Positions 52,361 through 64,000 of a stretch of 64,000 nucleotides of DNA are shown here, piece after piece (positions within the stretch are counted from its first letter, which is position 1; every line of letters begins with the position of its first letter). Made by a program: the position numbers and the translations under genes. Below the pieces are notes generated by a model. That model saw only the letters and a program-made list of their open reading frames with translations. It was not told the DNA's origin and ran no database searches. Source of the DNA: Octopus sinensis (lineage: Eukaryota); NCBI RefSeq assembly GCF_006345805.1, contig NC_043003.1, positions 36,394,001-36,458,000 on the forward strand. The letters are read 5' to 3'.

Positions 52361-54677
52361 GAGGTTGATTCTCCAGCAGCAGTTTTCTATGTTGAGCCCA
52401 ACGACGACTTTCCTCTGTTTCGCATAGTTTTATGACCTATGCTACCGTGGAACGAGTATCATATCTTGTAACAACGCCTAATGATTAGAGTTAGAGTTTG
52501 AGAAGCACAATATTGTGTAACAAAAATTCTCCACCTCATAGCTTCGTACATCTTTCAATTATAATGTGTATCAAGCCATATCTCTTTCCGTTTACTCATT
52601 TACTGTATTGTGTGATAGTACTAAATAATTCATAATCCATTTGAAAATTATTTTTAGAATTTCGTTGACAATTACGCTGCTAACACAGTATGATGAACTC
52701 GAAGACTAAGATTACATGTAATATATCTGTTTCATCAGAGCAATCGTCTTCCTTTACCACCACTAATTATTCTGAAATAAAATGATGTGCAACAATTTTA
52801 GTAGCTGTTGAAATATTATAAACATGATATTAAAAAGATTATTCTTTTCTTTCTGAGAAGAACTCTCCGAAATATCTTGGCAAGTATAATGGAATGACGT
52901 GGTTTCAAATATGCGTAGAAAACGCATCAGTCTCCCTTATTTGTATAACGTCCTGCGTCTAGAAAGAAACCCATTAAAAATTATTGTTTTGTGCATCAGA
53001 ACACACGCAGAGAGAAAAGCCATTCCTAATAATTCATGCTCAGGCAGTTTTAACTGTTTATGTTGTTCCATTAACATTTTGTTTATTTCTTCATTTAGTT
53101 TCGGTCATCTGAAAATAGAAATAATTTGAAAATGGCAAGAAAATAAATTCCAGAATATAACTACCCACTGAGTGCGTGCGTACGTATATGTGCTGTATGT
53201 GTTTGATAGAGAATTTGTTTAATATTGTTTGTCTATTTATGTGTATCTGCACTGATGCATGGGTGAATGTACAGTGCGTTTATTAACCGGACATCATGGC
53301 GGCGGATCGTATTTGTGGCACTTTCGGATATGAGCGCGCGTTGCAGCCAAGAATGCGTAACGGTCTTGTGATTTGACGTTGATGCAAGATAGCAGCAAAC
53401 TTTGATCAGCTAAACGTGGAAAAAACGGCAGAACAAACAGAATGCAAGAAACCGTGCGGCAGTGCATAACAGTCTGCAAATTTGAGATGCACCCATCTGT
53501 TTCGACTTTAATGAAAATATATTAAATCCTTTTATGACATCTCCATATGGTAAAAGTTTAGCATGAAAAAGACTTCTGATTGAAGAGTAATCTTTTGACA
53601 CTCTACTCACGTAAAAATAATAATAACCAATGAAAAATATCTTCTGTCATTTAGTAAAAATAAATACATAAATGATAAAAATATTAAATGTAAATATAAT
53701 TGTGTATTATGCAGACGGTCTCTAGTGACCGTCAAAGATCAAACTCGATTTTTGAGGCGAATTAATTTCCATTGCATTCAGATGAATATTTATTCTTTTG
53801 AATATTACTAGTTAAAATGACTTATTATTTTATACACTAACCATATACTTGAACAGAATGAATTTACATGTTAAATCTTTAAAATATTTGCAATAAATAT
53901 TTGAGTCTTTTTTCTTTTGTTCGTATTTGTAAACAAATTTTGGCCAGAAGAAATGTCCTGTAAAGAACATACAACAAAAGAATCATTGGAATGTTTTATG
54001 CTTACGTCTTGGCAAATGCAATCATACAGAGGGCGAACTAAAATCCCTTCTACCTTGTAGTGAAAATATATTAGAAACTCAAGTTCCGAAGAAAATTTTT
54101 CAACATCTGTCTTTACTTTCGAAATTGATATTTGTATTCAAGCAAAATTAAAGTATGATTACCAAATATGTTCATTATGTGTATTTATCTTAAGGATTCA
54201 AACCTAACCTATTTTTCCATCTTGATTCCTAGTTGACCATATAATGCATCCAGATATAGTCAAAGCAAACCGTTGCTTCGTAGTTTGAATGAGAATCTCT
54301 CGAAGGTACTACTCATTTATATGAGACTTATCAATCATACATTAATTATGGAATTGAATAAGTGTTACCTGTTAAGATGCATTATAAAGTGAAAATTTGT
54401 GGATGTCATCATATCTGCAAGACAGTGATATTATGAAATCTACGTGGTTTTTATGTATCATTTACCGCCAGTCATGAATTAATATTCTATGCATTAATGA
54501 ACATCTCCAACCACAACACATGAATACAGTAATGACCCTACAATGTACTTTCGGTTATGCAAAAACAAATATAAATATGATTTAAAATAGAATTATTTAC
54601 GGGCACAAATCACCTGGAATACTGTATCTTAAATGTCGTATTTCAAATTTACAAAGTTATATAGTGTGTTCTTTTTT

Positions 54678-54921
54678 CTAGTGGTTAGACTGCCATACGA
54701 TCGTTAGACGTGAGTTCGATTCCCAGATCGGGCGGAGCGTTGTGTTCATGAGCAAAACATATTTCACGTTGCTTCAGTCCCCCTTTCGATAAGCGGGAAA
54801 TGTTGGCCTGCTCGCCTATCCAGTGGGGTGGCATCATTCGAAGAGCGGTACGATGCAGTGCGAAATTGCATTGTGCTCGGCGATGTGTAACATAATCTGG
54901 TCGGTCACGTCATCACATGAT
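54678..54921 (+). mobile_element. tRNA-derived CORE-type SINE with a different 3' module
   Basis: CTAGTGGTTAG (A-box end), GAGTTCGATTCC (B box), GCGTTGTGTTCATGAGCAAAACA (CORE-like; shared with the 62954 copy), tail GGTCACGTCATCACATGA. Confidence 0.8.
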
Positions 54922-55976
54922 ATAGAATGTTACAAAGGTTAGATAATTATATTTTTATCGCTTATTCTTTTATTGAATAACCTTGGTTTTCATCTATTCA
55001 ACCATATTGATAAATTAAGCACTAGTCGATTAACTGGGATCGATTGCCTAACAAGAAATTGAATGGGATTGTGACAAGATAGAGTTGACTGACACGATAA
55101 TGTTTCCAATGAAAATTAATGAAACTTTGAAACACAAACACTGATGTTAAGCGAAATATAAAGTGAAGAATGGGAAAATTATAGTTATAAAACACATACA
55201 GGTAATATTTGAAAAGCACAATAAAGGTAATATTGTAGAAAACTAACTTCATTGATAATTTCAAAAATACTTCACTAACAATCAGAAATTGTTCTTTGCT
55301 GCAGTTGCTGGTGAAGAGATGCACTAAACCTATTTCAAATCCAACTAAGAAAAATGCAATGAAATCCTCACAACGAAGAGGTGACTCCTTATTCGAAGGC
55401 ACTGTCTTTGAAAGAATGAAGTTGAATGTGACATCTGATTTTCTATAAAACGGGCTTCAATAGAAAATTTTAAAACTACTTATGGGAAACATTGACTGAT
55501 ATGTGGTAGGATATGCATTCCATCGCCGGTGGTATGGCATGTGGTAGTATGTGCAAAGTAAGTAAGACAAAATATGTAACCTCCGTAGACATTCGGATTT
55601 TATTGCTCCACCTAAAATACACTTGTTTGATATCTGCTATTTCTTTCCTATTTCGTCTGCAAAGCATGGGTTGTTGTTGGTGGTGGTTTTAATGATGTTT
55701 TTGTTTTGTTTTTGGTTATCGTCACTTAGCATTAGAGCGATGCAATATTAAGAATCCGGGAAAGTGTTTGAAAACACTGACACTGCAGAAGAAAAGGGGG
55801 ATAAGGGCTATTTCATGGCTTTCGGGATATAAGAGCTACTTCATGGTTTTCTTCGAGCAGTTTAAAAATCAAAAATATGATGTTTTCTAATGGTACACAA
55901 TATCAGAATACATATTTGCATGTGTCTATATTCGTGTGAGTGTAGTTCTGTGTCTGTGTGTGTACGTGCATGTTTG

Positions 55977-56065
<89 letters not shown>

Positions 56066-56579
56066 ACAGAGAGAGAGAAGGTGAGAGACAGTGGGGAGAG
56101 AGAATCAGATGTAGCAATAATAGGTCCATTTTATGTCTATGTACTGGTTGAAGACAATATATATACCAACGAATGCTCCACATGAAAGAGAGAGAGAGAG
56201 AGAGAGAGTGAGAGAGAGTAAGAAAGAGAGAGGAGATAATCATACGAATTTTAACCATACATGTATAATTATGTATAGTGAAAGATTTCAAATAATTTGG
56301 TATATTATATGCTTACGGGTCTGGTTATCATTTGGAGTTCAAAACTAAGTCTATAGATAGCTGAAAGATTAATTTAAACAAGAGATAAGACTGCACACCC
56401 AATTGCTGGTAAATTTACTCTTACTTATGAACAGAATGCTCTTACTTGATCGACGTTCATCAACTCGGTGTATAGCATAAGATGATTAAGTTAACCATGT
56501 TAAATATATATAAGCTTACACAGACACACGGACACATGCACAAATATACATGCACATATATGTATGGCTCTAACAGCCA

Positions 56580-56611
<32 letters not shown>

Positions 56612-56865
56612 AATGCAACTGTATGCATATAAATATAAATATAAGCATAAATAAATGCAACTCTACGTATATGAATAAGTATATTTATATGAAACTCTAT
56701 GTACATATATATATGCAACTGTATGTACATATATGTAGATATATACATATATATATATATATATATAATACATTTACATATTCAGACATATATATAATAT
56801 ATATAATATATAAATATATGTTTATATATGTATATATATATATTTATACACACACATACACACAC

Positions 56866-56950
<85 letters not shown>
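56580..56950. repeat. compound (AT)n microsatellite
   Basis: Directly visible. Confidence 0.95.
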
Positions 56951-57402
56951 AAGACTCCAACACAGTGAAAATATAAAATATAATATTAATTTCTATAAAT
57001 CCTTGTATGTTTATATGTCTCTATAGAGAATTCTAAGAGATAATAAATAAAAATCACATGGATGGAGATAAGTAATTCGTAGAAATAACAAGTCTGATAT
57101 TAAAATATAAACTATATTTGTCAAACAGCAATTCAGACTCGAATCACAAGTAGGACAAACAAGTATAGTATATGAATTCTGCTTTGTTTGCAAACTCCAA
57201 ATTTACAAGCCTGATCCAACCTCAACTCGATCTTTGTTCTATTATGAGGTGAAATTTTCTCTAATAAGGTAAAGAACTACAAAGATGATTACAGCTTTCA
57301 AAGAATTTAATATGTATATTTATTGAGGTATCTATTATATCGTTGGCAAGCAACAGTCGTTCATTCTTTGATAACAAAACGTCATTTTCACAATGAATAG
57401 AA

Positions 57403-57455
57403 ATCCAATTATTATTGATGTTCTTGATCCAATTATTATTGATGTTCTTGTTGTG

Positions 57456-57548
<93 letters not shown>
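57403..57548. repeat. perfect 24-bp tandem duplication followed by (TAT)n
   Basis: ATCCAATTATTATTGATGTTCTTG at 57403-57426 and 57427-57450. Confidence 0.95.
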
Positions 57549-58090
57549 TAAGAGATTAGTTATTTAGATACAAATCAATTTGACGTTCTTCGTATCTATA
57601 CAAACAAATATAGATATGTATATGTGAGCGTATATATATATATATATATATATATATACTCATATATATATATATATACTCATATATATATACATATATA
57701 TATTTATATATATATATACGCACATATATATACATATACACATATACATATACATATACATACATATATATATATAAGAATTATATGTATGCATGTAAAT
57801 TTGTACGTGTCACAGCAGATGTATATACGTCTATGAGCGTGTATATGTCTGTATGGGTATATCTTTATTTGAAATTTTGTTTTGTATAGAACTCTGACAT
57901 TCTTTGGTATATATCTGTGACATACTCTCTCTCTCTTTCTCTCTCTATCTTTCTCTCCCTCCCTCGTGTACACTCGAGCACATGTACGCACGCAACACAT
58001 ATGCGCATATAAACTTACACACATACACGCTCGAAAACCGGCACTAACAGCCGTATATATATATATATATAGATACACTCACACACACAT

Positions 58091-58139
<49 letters not shown>

Positions 58140-58846
58140 ATATATACATACATACATACATACATACATACATACATACATACATACATACATACATACA
58201 TACATACATACATACAAACATTCATACATGCAGACTTACACACATATAACAACTATCGAATTCAGAAATTTGTTAAAGTGTGCACGTGTCTCTATCTATG
58301 TAATGTATATGTAATTTTGTTTGTATTTTTGTCTATGTCTTTGTATAAATAGCATACATGTAGATATAGATAATTGAGTTTATTTCTCTGTTTGGTGCAT
58401 GATAGGAATTCAATGAATATAATTATGTATTATTGATTATCGTTTACGTTGGTTTGTTTGTGAAATATTATTTTGTATCTCCTTTACTCTAAGCAGATAC
58501 AATACCAATTGTTCGTTCCTTCGTACATCTTATGGCAATACTCGCTAAATGTTCTTATATATATATATATATATTCTGAAATCTCGCATGCAGTTTAAAT
58601 AATTTATTTTCTCATTTTCTGCATCATTGTATTAAACTTTTGTGCCATTTGTATCGTTGTGTCATCGTTATTTTTGCAGTGGTTCAACCGATGACCGAGT
58701 TATAAAAATGCTTTTGAATTTCACGTGAAAATGACGAAAAACTATTTACACAAAAGGTCAAAGCATGAAACTATTGGTAAGTATTATGTAAGTCTCATTG
58801 TTTTAAGGTTATTGTTATGCTACATGCATCATCATCCACAAATATT

Positions 58847-59058
58847 AGTTTCAAATTTTGGCACCAGGCCAGCAAGTTCGGAGGAGAGCGTATGTCGATT
58901 ATATCGACTTAAGTCCTCAACTGCTACTATTTTATCGACAACAAGAGGATAAAAGGCAAATTGACCACGGTAAGATTTGAACTCAGAAGGTAAAAGCGGA
59001 CGAAATGCGGTTAAGGGTACTACCTGGCGAGCTAAAGACTCTAACAGCTCCCTGCTTC
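58847..59058 (-). mobile_element. Nin/Deu-type SINE, full length, decayed
   Basis: Plus strand TTTCAAATTTTGGCACCAGGCCAGCAA...TATTTTATCGAC...GGATAAAAGGCAAA...TTTGAACTCAGAA, antisense to the 6004 copy. Confidence 0.85.
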
Positions 59059-59168
59059 TTCATCTACGAATATTAAATCAGGAATTATTGTGTGGCACAT
59101 ACGAGATTCGAAATATCGCAAAATCTGAGCGGTGACACAGGAACTTATCACGGATTGAAGATAATTGA

Positions 59169-59320
59169 GAGAGAGAGAGAGAGAGAGAAGGGCAGGAAGA
59201 AGAAGAAGAAGAAGAAGAAGAAGAGAAGAAGAAGGAGAAGGAGAAGAAGAAGAAGGAGAAGAAGAAGAAGAAGAAGAAGAAGAAGAAGAAGAAGAAGAAG
59301 AAGAAGAAGAAGAAGAAGAA

Positions 59321-59351
<31 letters not shown>

Positions 59352-59377
59352 CACAAGAAGAAGAACAAGAACAAGAA
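59169..59377. repeat. (GA)n-(GAA)n polypurine microsatellite
   Basis: Directly visible; source of the poly-R/E/L/F ORFs. Confidence 0.97.
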
Positions 59378-59707
59378 TGACAGGAGTTGCATCTAATTCT
59401 TCATTATATAGTGATTCTGAAGAGAGGACATCCGTGGGAACTATACCCAGAACGTAGTAAGTTAAAAAACATCTCTTAAGGTATTCTGTTCGACACAATA
59501 AAATCTTTGAAAATTTCTACCCTTTAAGTAACGTTAAAGGCAACAGATGAAGAAGGATGTATGAGCTTCAATACCATCACTTTATATGCATTATAATTCA
59601 GTAAGAACATTACTATCCTTAACTTTAGAAACGTTGAAATACTGTTAGTACACACATACACGCACACTATGACTTATACAAACACACACGTACATACATA
59701 CACACAC

Positions 59708-59756
<49 letters not shown>

Positions 59757-59761
59757 GCATA

Positions 59762-59949
59762 TTTTCAAATGTTTGTTCAAGGCCTTAAATTTTAGTGGGA
59801 GGGTCCAGTCGATTACATCAATAGCAGTGCTTGTGTAATAATTTATCGACCCGGAAATGATGAAAAGCAAACCGATGGAATTTGAACAGAGACCGAAAGC
59901 CGACGAAATGCCGCTAAGCATTTTATCCGGCGTGCTAACGACTGTGCAG

Positions 59950-59954
<5 letters not shown>
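59762..59954 (-). mobile_element. Nin/Deu-type SINE
   Basis: Plus strand TTTATCGACCCGGAAATGATGAAAAGCAAA...GAATTTGAAC...GACGAAATGCCGCTAAGCATTTTATCCGGCGTGCTAACGA. Confidence 0.85.
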
Positions 59955-59991
<37 letters not shown>

Positions 59992-59998
59992 CACAAAC

Positions 59999-60069
<71 letters not shown>

Positions 60070-60146
60070 CAAATATATATACGTATGTATACACATATAT
60101 ATACATAGACAGATATATACAGATATACGTATATATATATATAAGC

Positions 60147-60187
<41 letters not shown>

Positions 60188-60314
60188 CATGCATTTATAT
60201 ATACATATATATATGCATATATACATATATTTATATACATATATACACATACATATCTATCTCTCTATATATACACATATTTATTTTATATATATATATA
60301 TATTCAATAATAAA

Positions 60315-60444
60315 CTCTTTTTTTACTTGTTTCAGTCATATGACTGTGCCCATGCTGGAGCACTGATTTACGGCAACACAAACACACCAGCATCGGTTGT
60401 CAATTATAATCAAGCGATGCTGGGGGACAAACAAAGATACACAA

Positions 60445-60535
<91 letters not shown>

Positions 60536-60683
60536 CGACGGGCTTCTTTCAGTTTTCGTCTAACACATCCATTCACAACGCTTTGGTCAGCCCGAGGCTA
60601 TAGTGGAAGACACTTCTCCAAGGCGCCACGCAGTGGGACTGAACTCGGAAGATGTGGTAGGTAAGCAACCACTCCAGCGCCTA
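60315..60683 (-). mobile_element. tRNA-derived CORE-type SINE with internal (TA)/(TG) microsatellite
   Basis: Minus head TAGGCGCTGGAGTGG (A box partly deleted), B box GAGTTCAGTCCC, CORE-like CCTTGGAGAAGTGTCTT, tail CTCCAGCATGGGCACAGTCATATGACTGAAACAAGTAAAA. Confidence 0.9.
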
Positions 60684-60799
60684 TAAATAAAGGGTAAAAT
60701 TAATTAATTAATAATTAATAATTGTAACAAGTAGTTCGGTATGTTAAAAGAACCTTTATCGGTAACCTTATACGTAAATTCTATAATTGTAAGCTTAAT

Positions 60800-60958
60800 T
60801 ATAATTAGGGTTCAGCAAATTGCTTCACCACATACCGAAATTTAGAAATACTATTCCTCTACCATAAGATATCTCCCAGACAGCAGAGAGGAATAGTATT
60901 TAACTGCTATTTGTAAATTTCGGTAAGTGGTGAAGTAATTTGCTGAACTCTAATTATA
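60800..60958. repeat. fold-back inverted repeat (arms about 61 and 72 bp, 26-nt loop)
   Basis: Left arm 60800-60860 vs reverse complement of 60887-60958: 4 substitutions and one 11-nt indel. Confidence 0.93.
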
Positions 60959-62953
60959 TATATATATTATATATATATATATTATATATATATATAGAGG
61001 GAGACAGACAGACAGACAGACATACAACAAATACAGGCACAGACAGTGAGTGGGAGAGCAGCATTCAGGATGGTATGTTTCTCATTATGCGTCAGTTAAT
61101 ATTTTGTAATATTTAGCGTGTCGAAATGAAAGAAATCGGCACTTATTATAAACTGAATAAAAAAAACTACGCCAGGAATTTAGATAGAAAAATTTTCTAA
61201 AATGGTGAGTTGTGTAAAAATATATCCATTTATCTCTATTCAAAATCTTCAAATTTATATATTCAGTGATTACATGTTAATGCTTGTTATTCTTTTCATA
61301 TCTTATAAATCATTTGCATTACACCTGTTCACTTCTGAAGGTTTCAGGGCATCTATTTTCTATAGCTTTTCTGCTACTATCTTTCCTCTAAATGTTTAGG
61401 GAATGGTATACATGAGTAAAAGAAATTATTTTTTCCTAAATATGTTGTGGTTTCTTTTTTTTTTTTTTGTCTTTATTTTTTCACTTGACAAAATATTATT
61501 CTCCATTCAATTCAGTAGCAACGAAAAATATGCTTTATTCCCTTTATTAATCATTTCCATTCATTGTCAGCTGCGTCCCATCTTATCACGTTTGATGCAT
61601 ACTCTTAGATGTGTATTATATTACTTCTATTATGGTGTTTGTTTTCTGAAGTGTTTCTCTTGTAAAGCAACATTTTCCTAGACACGATAATGACATACCT
61701 ACCAACAATGTTATTCAGAACGAAATATATTTTAAAGGCAAAAACCTTCAATTCTAATATTACAGAGTAGCAGCAGTTGCAAGAGTAGAAACGTTTGATA
61801 AATAATAATTAGATTATGGACCACAATCCTGCAAGATATTCACACATTAATTTCGATCGGTACAACTCCAAACATATCTTGGGTATCTAAGCTAGTTGCA
61901 AATGTGTAGATTGAACAGCATTACAGCACAGCACATGATGCTATATAAAATGTGTAAAATTCACAGCGATCTTAAATGGCGATGCATATTTATTTATATT
62001 AAACCTTTCTTACTATACGCCTGGTCGGACTTGTTAGAGATGTTATCACACTTTTTCTTTGACACTTCCAATTTGGTGAGTTGGGAAATAATACAAAATT
62101 AAGCACCTTATCATCACAGTCCCAACAAGAATGCTGTCGTCCAAACTTCCATCTGCCACATGTAACATTTTGGCAGCTCTACTTCCTTTTTGTATGAACA
62201 TCAATGCAAGTCCCTACTACTTTTGTCTCCTAGGAACTTCTGTACTTTATGGCTTCTCATTTCCTACAGAATTACAAGCCTGTTTTGTTTTCATTTTTTT
62301 ATTGTTGACTTTATCATCGTTTCAGTTAGTAAAATTTCGTCCTAATATAAATCTTTTTAACCATGTATTATCACAATTCTTTACACTATTCTATTTACAT
62401 ACCTGCGTGTGCGTGACGTGCGTGTGTTTTGTTTGTTTGTGTGTGCGATGAGGCGTATGCTAACGCTACAGATCTAAGAGATATACAGACATACATATGA
62501 TCTTCGTATGTTGAGCTTCACAAAGGAAAAGACATAACACCGTGGTGATTGGTGACTTGCTGGGCCTGAGAATACTCGAGAAGCTAATAAAAGCGTGGTC
62601 TTAAAGACATGTTGTTTGTGGCCATGTCTCCGCACACCAGTAATCCTTGTTCCCCCCACGCATACATCTAATCTTCCGAAAATATATCCCTTTCTCCACC
62701 TATGTTCACCTCTTGCTGTATTTTCTTCCTCTTTATTCTCCACTCTCCCTTCGTGCCTTCGCATTTCCGTGACCTATCTGTACGAAATGTATGCCTGTTG
62801 AATGTCTTCTTAACAAAACATCGTAACCGATCCTCCCTCTACTTCTGCCCACTCACTGCTTTCGGTGAGTGCACATTTGTCACTCACCTTTCGCAATCTT
62901 GTGAACGTGCCTACACATGCAACCTATTCAATCCTTGCTTCCATTTCACTAGT

Positions 62954-63201
62954 GAAATAAATTTACCTTATCGAGTCATGCTGTCTCATAAGGGCTGGTT
63001 TCCCGGTTTCATGGCCTGTATATTCTCCACCTGGACGGGACGCCACTCTGTCACAGGAATAATTACTTTTGGCAGTTGAGTGAACTGGAGCAACGTGAAA
63101 TGAAATGTTTTGGTCAAGAACACAACGCGTCGCCCGAAATCGAAACCACAATCTTACGATCATGAGTGCAACACCCTAACCACTAAGCGATACGCCTCCA
63201 C
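62954..63201 (-). mobile_element. tRNA-derived SINE (CORE-like centre plus Meta-like 3' domain)
   Basis: Head GTGGAGGCGTATCGCTTAGTGGTTAG, GGTTTCGATT (B-box-like), GCGTTGTGTTCTTGACCAAAACA, TGGCGTCCCGTCCAGG; TSD ATTTCACT(A/T)GT at 62943-62953 / 63202-63212. Confidence 0.88.
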
Positions 63202-63260
63202 ATTTCACTTGTATACACCTCCCAGTATCTTAAGGAAAAACCCCATCCTATCTTAATAAT

Positions 63261-63341
63261 CTTCTCTCTCCCTCCTTCTCTCTCCCTCCTTCTCTCTCCC
63301 TCCTTCTCTCTCCCTCCTTCTCTCTCCCTCCTTCTCTCTCC
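63261..63341. repeat. 14-bp polypyrimidine minisatellite (CTTCTCTCTCCCTC) x about 5.7
   Basis: Directly visible. Confidence 0.95.
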
Positions 63342-63569
63342 TACTCACTCTCCTTTTCTCACTCTCTCTCTCTCACACACACACTCTCTCTCTCTCTCTT
63401 CTGTTTCACACGCTCCTCTCTCAAATCACTTTCTTCAGTCTTCAATAAAGGTAATCATGTTTCTCGTCTACAACTAGTCACCTGTTTCTGCCCGGATATG
63501 CTTAATTTCCTCTTTCTTCTCTTAGTACAATGCCCCCTCCCTCAATGCTAATCACCTCAGTTGGGGGTA

Positions 63570-63780
63570 TTGTCTTTGCAAGTTACTTGATGACCTCATT
63601 ATTGCTGATGCCACCTGAAAAGCACCTAGTACACTCTGTAAAGTGGTTGGTGTTAGGCAGTGCATCAAAAGGTAGAAACCTGGCCAAGGTAGACAGTAGA
63701 ACTTGGCACTGTCTTCTGATCTGCCAGCTCTTGCCAAACAGCTCAACCCCTGCCAACGAAGGAGATTGTGAAATGATTAT
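63570..63780 (+). mobile_element. decayed RTE-associated SINE-like repeat
   Basis: AAAAGCACCTAGTACACTCTGTAAAGTGGTTGGTGTTAGGCAGTGCATC...GTAGAAACC...CAACCCCTGCCAAC...AAATGATTAT; resembles the TGGTTGGCGTTAGGAAGGGCATCC motif of RTE 5' UTRs and related SINEs (recalled). Confidence 0.65.
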
Positions 63781-64000
63781 GTGCGTATGTGTGTGTGGGT
63801 GTAAATATGTGTGTATACACATTCATACATATTTCACCTGCGTATGCAACGAAATAACTTAATTCGGAATGTCGCTTTCTCTTATTCATCATTCATGTTA
63901 CGTTTCTTGAAATCTGCCAAGTTTTTTGAATGAAGTATGTGAATGTGAACGAGTGAATGACGAAGACCGAAGATAGGAGAACGTTGAAGAAATAATAAAC

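Noticed and set aside
55022-55402. 126-aa hydrophobic minus-strand ORF
   Set aside because: No recognisable motif, non-ATG start and a T-rich strand; roughly one such ORF is expected by chance in a window this size.

Overview
AT-rich eukaryotic DNA, not prokaryotic. The very high microsatellite density and the SINE families present point to an octopus or other coleoid cephalopod (inferred, not verified). No protein-coding gene can be identified with confidence; most track ORFs are translated microsatellites. The window is a mosaic of tRNA-derived SINEs (several with target-site duplications), decayed LINEs (R4/Dong, RTE, CR1) and DNA transposons: a full-length dead mariner, a mariner fragment, a Tc2/pogo-like MITE, a Tigger deletion derivative and a Helentron-type HINE. 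Most worth following up: (1) a Tigger remnant whose transposase N-terminus closely resembles mammalian Tigger4/Zombi; (2) a minimal type I hammerhead ribozyme fold at 13.0 kb; (3) a stack of (TAA)n-associated elements at 32-34 kb, including an unclassified 545-bp element; (4) a chain of minus-strand exon-like segments running from a CpG-rich promoter-like island at about 21 kb down to about 2 kb; (5) fold-back structures that could be dsRNA substrates. I found no complete novel biological system that I can support from sequence alone.
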